Of a DNA stretch of 64,000 bases, positions 1-13,800 are shown one piece after another. The number at the start of each line of letters is the position of its first letter. Within the stretch, counting starts at the first letter, position 1. The stretch is from Balanoglossus misakiensis (lineage: Eukaryota; Animalia; Hemichordata), in assembly GCA_040954595.2 (NCBI GenBank), contig CM082589.2, positions 5,763,186 through 5,827,185 on the forward strand, read 5' to 3'. The position numbers were made by a program, and so were the translations under genes. A model generated the notes under the pieces. That model was not told the origin of the DNA. It saw only the letters and a list, made by a program, of their open reading frames with translations, and did not search any database.

Positions 1-3000
1 AATTATATATTACTGTATGTGTCACACAACATCATTATTTTTCTAAGTCAAAATCAACATTGAAATCATATCTTTGTGTAAAATTGCATATTTATTTTCT
101 AGAATTCAGAGCGCAACGTTACAAACCGCAATGGTAAATACCGGTACCGGAACTTTACGGAAATAAAGAAATAGGGGGTGTCACCGAAGATGACGTCGAT
201 ATATTTACGTCACGTTTCATGGAATATGAATATAAAAGAAGGAGAGAAAGTTGATTGGTCAAGGTCTATCGGTGTCACTTACGTCACGGTACCAATGTGA
301 ATGGATTTGTAACACAGCTAAAACGCAAGATGTGTTCTGTTGTCGATTACGCCTCATGTTGGCGTACTTCACATGGAAAAAGCACCTGCTGAACGGCTGT
401 GCGGCATGCAATGCAAAGGCCATAACAAAACAATTCTGGAATCAAGATCCAGATTTGGGGAAATTGGTAAATCTCATTGAGCCAAACGAAAACGATTGAT
501 TGTCGGACAAGTTTTTCGCTTAGATGTTTTCCTGTAATTCGGCCTAGTGTTAGCATTAGAAATGTGGGAAACATCACTATCGCCATTTTTTAAAAATATT
601 TGTTTCTTCAGAATGTACGTTATTTACACTCGTGTAAATTAGCCATCTGAATGTATGGTGCATAGAACTACATACTAAGAATCATATTATCTATAGAACA
701 CGGATGGTAGATTCTGTCGCGAAATTTAAAAGAGTCGATTTTGGAATTCCAGGTAAATATCGATATAGGCTTACATGTATTTGAAAATAAGTCGAATTGT
801 GATGTGAAACGCCATCACTCACAAACAAAGTGTGGCTTCGTTCGTTTTTATCACCCGAACTTACTACTAGTAGCAGTCGACGAACAATCGTGTGCATGGT
901 GTACCGGTTCAAGGAAGAAGCGAATAGCCAGACTCTAAAAGATATGATGTAGGTAACATCTTTCGTTCACGGCTAAATTTGACACCCTCTCTCGATTCTC
1001 TGATTTATATAGTTAAACCGAGAGGCTAAGCCGCGTGCCAAACAAAAATAAGGATTACACGGCGGTTCATCATGAAATTAATCATGAAATTAATCGTTTC
1101 TTAACGTCGATAAATCTCCGAATAAAGCCGATCAGCGTCTTCACTTCATGTCTTCACTTCATATATGGAATTTTATTACAGACAGTAAATTCTGCGATAG
1201 AAGTTAGAACTGTTTTTTTTTTTTACTTCACCGCTATCAGCGATTGCACAGTGCAGCTGTGATGGAATTTTTGAACGAAGTCGCTTTCATATAAAAAAAA
1301 ACTGGTCTACGTTCAAATGAAACACCCTGGCAACGATGCCTGCTTCAAGAATATCTCATTTGTCTCCCACAATAAGGACAGAACAACCCCATCACATCAT
1401 GCGCTGTCGTCTAATGCATATGATATACGATTGCTATTAGTCGCAACAGAAATGCAGACTGTTTACGCGTCAGGGGATTTGTAACAAAATTACAGACAGT
1501 CATATTTCATCTGCCGCGCTCGGCTGACCGACATCAATCTGCGCTGGACTGTGTTTACACTTTGATAAGTAAAGTGTGGTGTGTCAATACGCCCATCCAT
1601 CCGTTCATGTCACTTTTCGGAGCCATGTGATTGATTTCTGATAGTAATATTATGTGCGAAGTTAAGTCATTAGTCGCGACTGTTAGGCGGAAATTTCGTT
1701 GCAATCGTAAATCTATTTCTGCGCTTTCTATTTTCGTTGCCAATGATTTCGGATACCGTACATTTTGGAATGTACGCGGCAAAAATCCATTACACCTATT
1801 CTTAAGTTTTCATATTCTTGTAATGACACGGCGTCTGCTTTCTGTCACCGACCGACAGCAATCATGCTTGAAATTAATGCGAAAGCTTCGCAAGATTGCG
1901 TTTCCATTGCATTCCAAGGTGTTTGTGGCATGACGTCATTTTGATTTGTGTAAAGCCTCCATCAATATTCCTGCCGTGTATTTTAATTTCAAGACGGAGA
2001 ATATGGCCGTGCACGTGAATGAGAACTCACTATAGTGAGCTGTCGACCTTTTACCCATAATCCAATTATTATAATGTTATCTGACCCCCTAGCATCAGTA
2101 GCATGAAGTAAAAACCAGAATTGACGCTCTGGTCGAGATTTCTATCCCCAGGTTCACCTTGATGTCCACTTGCCGGCTCAGCTACTAAAGCTCCCTGGGG
2201 AGCATTGCCGTTGGCATAGATTGATCGGGCAAGTTTACCAGAATGTCAAACCCGCTCATCAAATGGAATATCCGGCAATTAGAGATATCGAGAACGAGTT
2301 TTCGGTTTGCTTGTTAGTGAAGTTTAATAAGCTCTTTTGGAGCCGTGTGCTCGATCAAACTCGCCTGGACCTTGGCTCTTTGCCAGGTTGCATGTCTATA
2401 CTAGCAAACATGTATTATTTCTTTAGGGATGTATGATCGATACAATTGAAATTAAGTGTTATAATTTCTGTTAATCGATAATTTTACAAGTATCCTCTAT
2501 GAGTTTCACCAAAATATGCAATGAAAGGTAAGGATCACCGTGCTAGTTTATGAAATTAATATAAGGCCGTGAATTAAGCCATGTCAATAATGAGTCAGCA
2601 TTTTGTCATCAACGGTTTTCTATTGCAAAGAATTTATCAAAAAAAATAAGCACGATGACCATATGATTTTAATCGAGCAATGAATGCTGCCCGCCAAAGC
2701 AAAAGTGTTTCCCACGGTTTGATGCATTTAGGACTAGATGTCCGTCTTCATAACATTCCCATAGCAACCTGGAAAAGCGCAGCTTTGTGCAGAGCCGCGT
2801 GAAAATTACTAACTCCAGAGCATTCATCGCTTCTGCAACCATCTAATTTAATCTGCGCGTATAAATAGAACGAATAAAACTGTGATTGTTGGAAACGATA
2901 AAAAGTCGAAAATTCCTACTTCTCGACTACAGGTAATTTTAGAACAGTGTATCTATCGGCTGAACTCTTCCTTCTCGATTGATGATTGCGAATGCATGAC

Positions 3001-4631
3001 GCGTTTTCGAGTGCTTGTGCTTGAGTATTCGTGGCTTATGACTTAATGGATCGCCATCATAAACGGATGAAGAAACAGTCATGCTCAATAGGGCGCGAAG
3101 ATTTGATTTCCTCCTACAGTAATATTTGATCACTGTCAGCAGATAAGTGTTGTAAGGGATCACGAGATCTTTTTGTGTATGACGTGTCTACATGAGTACT
3201 ACACATGTATAATAGTTTCGAGTCGATTTGTGTTGGACATCCATCATATTGCAAGCCACGAACATTGCCGAGTGAAAAAGTGACAATACGGCAAAATGCT
3301 AAAAAAAATATTGGGGGGGGGGGGTACGTCATCTCACTTGTTTGCGTCTATACTCGTATTTCGCGAACGTTACCTGTATCGTGTATATTCAAAATTTGCA
3401 CATTTCAGTTAATAAAATATTTATCAATCAACCACTGACGAGACCCTCGATGGCCTACTCACATAATCCCCACGCTGACCACACTAATAGACCTGGTAAT
3501 TTTATTGCCTTGTGTGATTTGACTGTTCAGTAGGTTCGACAGTCATTTGCCTGGCAGTGATCTCTTGGTGGGGCGGAGATTTTTTTTATCAGTCGACAAG
3601 CTCACAACTATACTCATGCAGGCATTAGATTTCCCCCCATCAATGTCTGCTCATATGCAACCCTTTACAATCCACAGTTAAAATGTCGTTTCAGAGTCTG
3701 ACGAAATGGATAGTATAATGAAACACCGAGGCTTGGAATAAACACACTATTCAACCACGTAGAATTTGAATGCGAATGAACGTAGAAACGAACACATGTC
3801 TCATTGTTATGGAAATGGCAATAGGGTTTCTTGTCAATAGGAAGCATATTCTGCCCATTGTCCCTCCACAAAGCGATTTCAAGAGACCGAGTCATGAATA
3901 AATTTTGGTGTTGTAAACAAGGTGTTCGGTTTTCTCATTAACATGCACGGGTATATACACCTGGGACAGTTCTGCAGTGCCATTTAAGCCATACGCGTCC
4001 ATCAAATCAAAATCAATCTTCTGCACCAGTGTCTTCTTGGTAAACAACTGTGTTTTCATCGAAGGGCGCTATGTCCAACATCCGACCCTTGAAGTCACAG
4101 GAGAATAGTTGAAATTCTCATTAACTCACTTTTATTTGGAGGGTTCTCATTTTCGCGTACGTTATGTTACCACACGGCTTCTTTTTGAAACAGACAGTTC
4201 GCAATACAAGAGCCCCACTAAATGACCCAATGATATGATATACCTGTATAGTTGCAATATGGAAGTGTTAACTTTGCATAGACGAGTTCCCTGCACCGCA
4301 ACGATCTGACCGTTCTTTATTCACTCCTCGACGACAAAAACGTTTTATTACGGCCCAAATAACGACTTTTTCGCTCCTTGGTTTGTCATGCGGACGGAAA
4401 GACACGGTTTTAGCGAGTTTATCTTTCTCTTTCCTGAGCACTACGTATTCAGACTTGCCCAAGTGAACCGCGACAAAAAAAAATGATCAAGTTTCCCTGC
4501 ATGTTTCTTATACCCGACAGATAAAAAACGCAGCGTAGATATTGGAATAAATTGGATTTATGAAATTGATAACATGTACAATGATAATGTCGTTAAAAGT
4601 TCTCACAAAAAAAAAAAGAAATAGAAAAAAA

Positions 4632-4704
4632 GTGGTCTCGAACCAACATCAGTTGACACCTTGAGGTAAAAGTCAAGCGTTCCTAACCCCTTCGCCACCA
4701 CGAC
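4632..4704 (-). ncRNA. tRNA-derived Pol III (type 2 promoter) cassette, first of 8 copies in the array (others begin at 5191, 5748, 6305, 6864, 7453, 8007, 8560)
   Basis: Minus strand reads GTCGTGG-TGGCGAAGGGG(A-box-like)-TTAGGAACG-CTTGA/CTTTTACC/TCAAG(anticodon-like arm)-GTGTCAACTGATGTT-GGTTCGAGACC(B box)-AC-TTTTTTT. The 5' end resembles tRNA-Ser/Leu. There is no 3' acceptor strand, so it is not a functional tRNA. Transcription is not demonstrated. Confidence 0.55.
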
Positions 4705-4760
4705 GTGTTCTCGAAAAAGCCGAAAATTTACCGCACTATATTGCAGCATAACTACAATGA

Positions 4761-4845
4761 TCTTATTTGCACCGCAGCGGTGCGAACTCTTATTTGCACC
4801 GCAGCGGTGCAAATAAGAGTTCACACCGCTGCGGTGCAAATAAGA
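4761..4845. repeat. 85-bp palindrome made of 27-bp subrepeats (one per array unit)
   Basis: Core GAACTCTTATTTGCACCGC-A-GCGGTGCAAATAAGAGTTC (4784-4822) is a perfect 19-bp inverted repeat around one central base. Arms extend to 42 bp with one mismatch. The copy at 8689-8773 has no arm mismatches. Confidence 0.95.
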
Positions 4846-7800
4846 GTTCCCTGCACCGCAACGATCTGACCGTTCTTTATTCACTCCTCGGCGACAAAAA
4901 CGTTTTGTTACGGCCCAAATAATGACTTTTTCGCTCCTTGGTTGGTCATGCGGACGGAAAGACACGGTTTTAGCGAGTTTATCTTTCTCTTTCCTGGGCA
5001 CTACGTATTCAGACTTGCCCAAGTGAACCGCGACATAAAAATGACCAAGTTTCCCTGCATGTTTCTTATACCTGACAGATAAAAAAAATTATTAGATATT
5101 GAAATAAATTGGATTTATGAAATTGATAAAAATTACAATGACAATGTCGTTAAAAGTTCTCACAAAAAAAAAAAAAGAAATAGAAAAAAAGTGGTCTCGA
5201 ACCAACATCAGTTGACACCTTGAGGTAAAAAGTCAAGCCTTCCTGAACCCTTCGCCACCACGATGTGTTCTCGAAAAAGTCGGAAATTTACCGCACTATA
5301 TTGCAGCATAACTACAATGATCTTATTTGCACCGCAGCGGTGCGAACTCTTATTTGCACCGCAGCGGTGCAAATAAGAGTTCACACCGCTGCGGTGCAAA
5401 TAAGAGTTCCCTGCACCGCAACGATCTGACCGTTCTTTATTCACTCCTCGGCGACAAAAACGTTTTATTATGGCCCAAATAATGACTTTTTCGCTCCTTG
5501 GTTGGTCATGCGGACGGAAAGACACGGTTTTAGCGAGTTTATCTTTCTCTTTCCTGAGCACTACGTATTCAGACTTGCCCAAGTGAACCGCGACAAAAAA
5601 TGACCAAGTTTCCCTGCATGTTTCTTATACCCGACAGATAAAAAACGCAGCGTAGATATTGAAATAAATTGGATTTATGAAATTGATAAAAATTACAATG
5701 ACAATGTCGTTAAAAGTTCTCACAAAAAAAAAGAAATAGAAAAAAAAGTGGTCTCGAACCAACATCAGTTGACACCTTGAGGTAAAAAGTCAAGCCTTCC
5801 TGAACCCTTCGCCACCACGATGTGTTCTCGAAAAAGTCGGAAATTTACCGCACTATATTGCAGCATAACTACAATGATCTTATTTGCACCGCAGCGGTGC
5901 GAACTCTTATTTGCACCGCAGCGGTGCAAATAAGAGTTCACACCGCTGCGGTGCAAATAAGAGTTCCCTGCACCGCAACGATCTGACCGTTCTTTATTCA
6001 CTCCTCGGCGACAAAAACGTTTTATTATGGCCCAAATAATGACTTTTTCGCTCCTTGGTTGGTCATGCGGACGGAAAGACACGGTTTTAGCGAGTTTATC
6101 TTTCTCTTTCCTGGGCACTACGTATTCAGACTTGCCCAAGTGAACCGCGACATAAAAATGACCAAGTTTCCCTGCATGTTTCTTATACCTGACAGATAAA
6201 AAAAATTATTAGATATTGAAATAAATTGGATTTATGAAATTGATAAAAATTACAATGACAATGTCGTTAAAAGTTCTCACAAAAAAAAAGAAATAGAAAA
6301 AAAAGTGGTCTCGAACCAACATCAGTTGACACCTTGAGGTAAAAAGTCAAGCCTTCCTGAACCCTTCGCCACCACGATGTGTTCTCGAAAAAGTCGGAAA
6401 TTTACCGCACTATATTGCAGCATAACTACAATGATCTTATTTGCACCGCAGCGGTGCGAACTCTTATTTGCACCGCAGCGGTGCAAATAAGAGTTCACAC
6501 CGCTGCGGTGCAAATAAGAGTTCCCTGCACCGCAACGATCTGACCGTTCTTTATTCACTCCTCGGCGACAAAAACGTTTTATTATGGCCCAAATAATGAC
6601 TTTTTCGCTCCTTGGTTGGTCATGCGGACGGAAAGACACGGTTTTAGCGAGTTTATCTTTCTCTTTCCTGGGCACTACGTATTCAGACTTGCCCAAGTGA
6701 ACCGCGACATAAAAATGACCAAGTTTCCCTGCATGTTTCTTATACCTGACAGATAAAAAAAATTATTAGATATTGAAATAAATTGGATTTATGAAATTGA
6801 TAAAAATTACAATGACAATGTCGTTAAAAGTTCTCACAAAAAAAAAAAAGAAATAGAAAAAAAGTGGTCTCGAACCAACATCAGTTGACACCTTGAGGTA
6901 AAAAGTCAAGCCTTCCTGAACCCTTCGCCACCACGATGTGTTCTCGAAAAAGTCGGAAATTTACCGCACTATATTGCAGCATAACTACAATGATCATATT
7001 TGCACCGCAGCGGTGCGAACTCTTATTTGCACCGCAGCGGTGCAAATAAGAGTTCACACCGCTGCGCAGCGGTGCAAATAAGAGTTCACACCGCTGCGGT
7101 GCAAATAAGAGTTCCCTGCACCGCAACGATCTGACCGTTCTTTATTCACTCCTCGGCGACAAAAACGTTTTATTATGGCCCAAATAATGACTTTTTCGCT
7201 CCTTGGTTGGTCATGCGGACGGAAAGACACGGTTTTAGCGAGTTTATCTTTCTCTTTCCTGAGCACTACGTATTCAGACTTGCCCAAGTGAACCGCGACA
7301 AAAAATGACCAAGTTTCCCTGCATGTTTCTTATACCCGACAGATAAAAAACGCAGCGTAGATATTGAAATAAATTGGATTTATGAAATTGATAAAAATTA
7401 CAATGACAATGTCGTTAAAAGTTCTCACAAAAAAAAAGAAATAGAAAAAAAAGTGGTCTCGAACCAACATCAGTTGACACCTTGAGGTAAAAAGTCAAGC
7501 CTTCCTGAACCCTTCGCCACCACGATGTGTTCTCGAAAAAGTCGGAAATTTACCGCACTATATTGCAGCATAACTACAATGATCTTATTTGCACCGCAGC
7601 GGTGCGAACTCTTATTTGCACCGCAGCGGTGCAAATAAGAGTTCACACCGCTGCGGTGCAAATAAGAGTTCCCTGCACCGCAACGATCTGACCGTTCTTT
7701 ATTCACTCCTCGGCGACAAAAACGTTTTATTATGGCCCAAATAATGACTTTTTCGCTCCTTGGTTGGTCATGCGGACGGAAAGACACGGTTTTCGCGAGT

Positions 7801-10800
7801 TTATCTTTCTCTTTCCTGGGCACTACGTATTCAGACTTGCCCAAGTGAACCGCGACAAAAAAATGACCAAGTTTCCCTGCATGTTTCTTATAACCGACAG
7901 ATAAAAAACGTAGCGTAGATATTGAAATAAATTGGATTTATGAAATTGATAAAATTACAATGACAATGTCGTTAAAAGTTCTCACAAAAAAAGAAATAGA
8001 AAAAAAGTGGTCTCGAACCAACATCAGTTGACACCTTGAGGTAAAAGTCAAGCCTTCCTGAACCCTTCGCCACCACGATGTGTTCTCGAAAAAGTCGGAA
8101 ATTTACCGCACTATATTGCAGCATAACTACAATGATCTTATTTGCACCGCAGCGGTGCGAACTCTTATTTGCACCGCAGCGGTGCAAATAAGAGTTCACA
8201 CCGCTGCGGTGCAAATAAGAGTTCCCTGCACCGCAACGATCTGACCGTTCTTTATTCACTCCTCGGCGACAAAAACGTTTTATTATGGCCCAAATAATGA
8301 CTTTTTCGCTCCTTGGTTGGTCATGCGGACGGAAAGACACGGTTTTAGCGAGTTTATCTTTCTCTTTCCTGAGCACTACGTATTCAGACTTGCCCAAGTG
8401 AACCGCGACAAAAAAATGACCAAGTTTCCCTGCATGTTTCTTATACCCGACAGATAAAAAACGTAGCGTAGATATTGAAATAAATTGGATTTATGAAATT
8501 GATAAAATTACAATGACAATGTCGTTAAAAGTTCTCACAAAAAAAGAAATAGAAAAAAAGTGGTCTCGAACCAACATCAGTTGACACCTTGAGGTAAAAG
8601 TCAAGCCTTCCTGATCCCTTCGCCACCACGACGTGTTCTCGAAAAAGCCGAAAATTTACCGCACTATATTGCAGCATAACTACAATGATCTTATTTGCAC
8701 CGCAGCGGTGCGAACTCTTATTTGCACCGCAGCGGTGCAAATAAGAGTTCGCACCGCTGCGGTGCAAATAAGAGTTCACACCGCTGCGGTGCAAATAAGA
8801 GTTCCCTGCACCGCAACGATCTGACCGTTCTTTATTCACTCCTCGGCGACAAAAACGTTTTATTACGGCCCAAATAATGACTTTTTCGCTCCTTGGTTGG
8901 TCCTGAGGGCGCTTGGTCCCCTAAATATAGCTCGTTTGTCAATTGGAGACGAAATACTGTTTGGTTTTATTGGCCAGGGTATACATTATCGCCCTATAAC
9001 ACCAACTGTCTTGTTACTTGTCAATGAAATGTTTTCAACCGACGCCTCGTGCCAACTGACGACCGGGTAACCAAATGCTCAATGTGTCCATTTCATCAAG
9101 ACCATCTAACTATATGCAAATGTATATGCTACAATTCTACAATACAGAGCCCCGTGTTACTTGACTGACACGTTGTTTCCAATTTCACACCACCGAATAT
9201 TTCGAAATATGACCATAATGTAGCGCGGAAGCAGTCCAAGTTAATATGAGCTGAATAGGGCCTGTATATATACGCGGAATATGTGTAGTCTCCAGCAGAG
9301 ACCACTTTTTATCATCGCTACTCATGCAAAGACTGGCGGTGGGAAACGACCCCGCTGTGTCTGGAATATGTAATCAGAACTTTCCTTTCAGTTTACTGTA
9401 ATTAATAAACATAGTCCCTTTATTAATGCATAACCAAAATGCCACATACTATGCTAGGGACTGGCAAGGGAGAGGCGACCTCCACTATACATTCTGTCAC
9501 ACACAAAAATGGGACTCGTTAGTGAGCAGACCGCCCATACACATGTCTGCGTGACAATGCTAACTACTTCAAAGCTAAGCTAATATTTGTGAATATAAAT
9601 CATTCGGAAACAGCTGCATATTAAACCAGCGTGCCATCATATCTATACAAGTGAAGCAGTGATGCATACATATCATGCTAAAGGAGACAAATTTGACAGT
9701 ATACGCGCGCCCAGGGTCGCCCATGATTTATTCTCACTGTGCTCGAGTGATATAGGGCGTACTTCGAATTCAGTGATAAATTACACGCAGTGGCTAGAGT
9801 TTTTTTGACAAGATATGTAGCTATGACATTATCTGCTCTCGTAATACGCAATATACACACACCTCTTCTTTGAAGCATGTACTGCAGTAAAGTTGAAATA
9901 CCGGCATTTTTGTATGTTTGGAAGTTTTCAGCCGCGCAGCGAACAACTTGTTCTTGTTTATATCCCATAATGATTTAAGAGAACATGCGCACTTTGACAA
10001 GACTATAAATGACGGAAAATGTACCTTGTCATAACTTTTCAGTCTTCTGTTTTTCAGGTACATTACACAACAAGGATATATATTCAGATAAAAAGGACAT
10101 TTTAATTTTAATAAATCTTTCATTCAACGATATATTCAAGCTTGTGAAGTATCCTTTTGAAGGTCACTAATAACAATGCGGTTTATTGTCTTGTCGAGAG
10201 AAATTCATCATTATAGACAATAGCAGCTGACAAAGTCGTGTTTTACGATATTTCCAAATGAAATCAATAATTCAAAAATAAAATTGCTGCGGGACATTTC
10301 ACAGAGCGTGTCAGATGTTGAATTTCGTATTCTTCGCTGTCCGAATTACTCTGTCGTTGATGGAACTTACGTGTACGGGGACTTGAAGACAAAGTCAAGG
10401 AATTTCATTCAGAATTATCGGAAAGGAAGTTGATGAAATATCACCTCCGCGCTGTGCTTTGGAAAAAAATCAAACAGAAATACAGACCTAGAATAACATT
10501 TTCATGTGGTTAATTAATTAAACGAAGCGCTGTGGCAGATGATGAACTAACAGATATAATAAAATACACCACTGTCCTTCTCGTCTACCCACAATGCTCG
10601 AATAACAAATCCCTAATTAAATATTGACAAGACCTACAACTATCCCTGTGAAGATGGAAATATAGGCCGGCGCGTCTACTGTAAGACAATTTCAGAAATA
10701 TATACAAGCGTATCCGAAATGCACAAATTGAGAGTTATTTGATTATGTAGATGTTTTGAGATGAAATTTTCATCCGATGAAAGATGCATGCTTACAGATC

Positions 10801-13800
10801 TTTACGCCATGCAACATACATGATGAATTTTATGTACAGTCGGCGCCACATTAATAATACCCGTATTCGCTGAATATTTGACCGCAATTCAGGACAAAGA
10901 TACCTAGTAACCCAAACATTCCGTAAATTAGGATGGTGTTGTCAATGCACAAAACCGTGGGTGGCCACGCGAAAAAAGTGCGCCACCAAACGGCCATTCG
11001 AACTCTCAGACATGCCCTTTTAATCATATTCGGACATGTGTAAATTGAAGGTGACGTTATATCTTTACGATACGCTTCACTTGTTTCTCGTCAAGTGTCG
11101 GAGTGGTTTCAATCATGCATATCATTTCCATCTAAAATTTCCCTCCAGGAAAGAAAACCACTAGCCAGAGTCTTCGCAACAATTTTCTATTCCGTGTAGA
11201 AATTGGTCTAATAAAGCAAATTCCAGGCAGGTTTGTACATATACCAATCATACGGTTGGGATTAACGCTGGTCCCGAAGTGACTGATGCCATAAGAATGA
11301 CTAGACAATTCATTTCTCTCGTTTTGTGTTCATTCTTGCGTTACTTCAATTTCACAGTGCGTACCTGCCAAACACAACAATGCACATATCCGGCGTCTTT
11401 TCAATTTTAATCATATTTACGTTTCGACGGAAATATCCCGAGCGACAAGGTGGGTAAATTCAAGCCTTGAATAATTCACACCTCCTCCGTTAACATCCGG
11501 GAACATTGGGCACCGTAATAAATGACGCATACTCAGTCGCAGTGAAGCTGATCTTCATTTGCGCATGTCTGCTTCTGTCGGAGAGTTTCGAATTTCGCAA
11601 ACTTTCGAAATAAAATATCCTTAATTTAGAAAGCGGAAGAAGTTATTAGAAATAGCGGTTTATTTATACATCATCACGTGCACCTGTTTCTCAAAATACA
11701 CGTGTATCCATAAATTATGCGCAAAGAGATGGAAAGGGTTAATAAAATACTGAATAAGTTATGTATACCGTTTCAGAAGACCTTACTATACCAGCTGAGT
11801 CCTGGAATATAAAATTCGATGTAATTCGTTCTTGACTTAGCCTCGCCGTTGAAGAAATAGTTTAGTTTGATTTTGTGTCTGTAAAATGAGCAATGAGCAT
11901 ACGATATTTTACAATATTTTCTCGAATCTTTTATAGGTTTACACCGTCGACCTTCTAACAAGTTCAAGGTGATGTGTTTTATTGGAGCGCGTCTCAGCTA
12001 ACAACTTCCACCGCGTTGCATTCTGACAGGAAACAACAGCCGTCTAATCAATCAGTCACTCAGACGCTAATCGGATCAAGACGCGGAAATCACTGCAACG
12101 TCATCAGAACATTAATCCACGCCACTTGTCGGCTTAAAATGTCACAAGCGAGAGACGTTGTCAGTATTTTCTTTGCGAAAGTAATAAATGATCGATTAGA
12201 GAATTAGAGAATTCTTCGGATCACATATGAAGGCCTTCCTATATATACAATACACTTGATAAAAAGAAAAATGTATATAGTATTCACATTGTATTGCTAT
12301 GAACAACCCGTCCAGCAAGGTGACATAAATATATACCTATATGCATGGAAACACATAACTAGCATATCTTGTACATGCAACCTTCCCCTTTGTTTGCTAA
12401 GATAGGCGACTTTGAATAACCTTTACTCCTTTCGCATAATATTGAAACGTCAAAAAAGACATGAATACTTCCTGTTCACGCATGGAGGCTCGAACAGAAC
12501 ACAGAAGCGATTGAATAGCAACACACAAGGGGAATCTTATTTTCACGATGATTGGGAAATGTTCATGTATATTTAAAGCACAATGGGTTCTAGCCATAGG
12601 AACTAATTGATCCGTCTGTGTCGTTTCAAAGGGGAACGTAAGTCAGTATATATAGGCAGTTTATGATTAGCTTCGCAAACACAAAAAAATTGTGCCGGGT
12701 GGCCGATTGTAGAAGCATGGCGGTATGTCGCGACTCCGAATCGTTTGACTGAGTTGACCTTGAGAACAATGAAGTCAGAACAGAAATAAACTGACATATA
12801 ACTATTTCATTAAAATGTCATCGTGCAGACAGGATGAAACAGAACAGATATTTCCGATCGATTGATGAGCTGTATTATCAACACTAACGATTTATAGTGT
12901 ATTTTAATTAAATGTGTGTATTTGTTCAACAATTGCACCTTTGGTTCAACAATTTATGATCTAATGGCCCTATACCATTATGTAAACAAATCAATTTTAA
13001 TCTTTTATCATATTTTATCAAAGCAAGGATGTAAACAGCGCTTTACAAATGGTAACTGCAATATTCTGGAAATAGAAACTACATTATTAGCAATTAAAAG
13101 ACACAAAGAACCTGCACAAAAGTAAACAAAAGAAACAATAAAGCTGAGATTTAAATATAGTTGTATGAAAGCAATGTGAAATGTTAAAAATATACAAAAA
13201 TGGAGTGTATGCATAATCATTAAAGTTATTAAAGACTTTCCATTTTGTTTTTAGGTTAGTCACTTTGGTTCACCTGTGAGTAAACTTCAGAGTTTCAGAC
13301 CGCATATCAGAAAGACCTGACCAAAATTTTAGAAATATAATACCGTACGTGATATCAATATGTACATCAAATAATTTATGCCATCTACGTAAACCCAGCT
13401 TCGTTAGTGCGTACTTGTATGATTGATTGTAAAGGATTGGTCGACGGGACAAAAACCCCACGATTCGGAAGGTGAATTTTATGCCTGATTGACATTTTCG
13501 ATTTATACACGCTGGGCTCTCTGTGAAATTGATACGCAACAGGTACAAAACCTATTCAAATTCTGAAATCATTCCCTATATAAAATTGACCGAGGGGTGG
13601 TGCTTGTAGGGAGTATGCGCATTTCTGATTATTGGGGAATGGATACGTAGATTGAAGAAGTATGGAAGAGATGGTCGAACAGGTTAATCAACAATATGCT
13701 GTCTTCAAATTACATGTACTTTATAAGTCTGTCTGGTGTCTAAAAAATCAATGTCAAAGGCGGGGAAACTACATTTAAAAAATACCGTTCTAAAATTAAC

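Larger units (their letters stand above)
4284..8902. repeat. Head-to-tail tandem array (satellite-like), ~8.2 units of ~553-591 bp
   Basis: The anchor GAGTTCCCTGCACCGCAACG recurs at 4284, 4844, 5404, 5961, 6518, 7109, 7666, 8219 and 8799 (periods 560, 560, 557, 557, 591, 557, 553, 580). Units are near-identical. Homology ends abruptly at 8902. Confidence 0.98.

Noticed and set aside
4632-4704. Functional tRNA gene cluster
   Set aside because: The 3' acceptor strand is missing, the anticodon loop is 8-9 nt and variable, and the T stem is imperfect.
4268-8877. Repeated 64-141 aa minus-strand ORFs (MGKSEYVV...HRCGAN...) in the array
   Set aside because: They start at TTG or other non-ATG codons, are frameshifted between units by homopolymer and subrepeat changes, and match no family I recognise. 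They recur only because the DNA is repeated.
4284-8902. CRISPR-like appearance (short palindromic repeats at regular spacing)
   Set aside because: The intervening sequences are near-identical rather than unique spacers, there are no cas genes, and the context is an intron-rich animal genome.
4284-8902. Hammerhead-ribozyme retrozyme array
   Set aside because: I found no CTGANGA...GAAA catalytic core on either strand of the unit by eye. An Infernal search for other ribozyme classes is still worthwhile.
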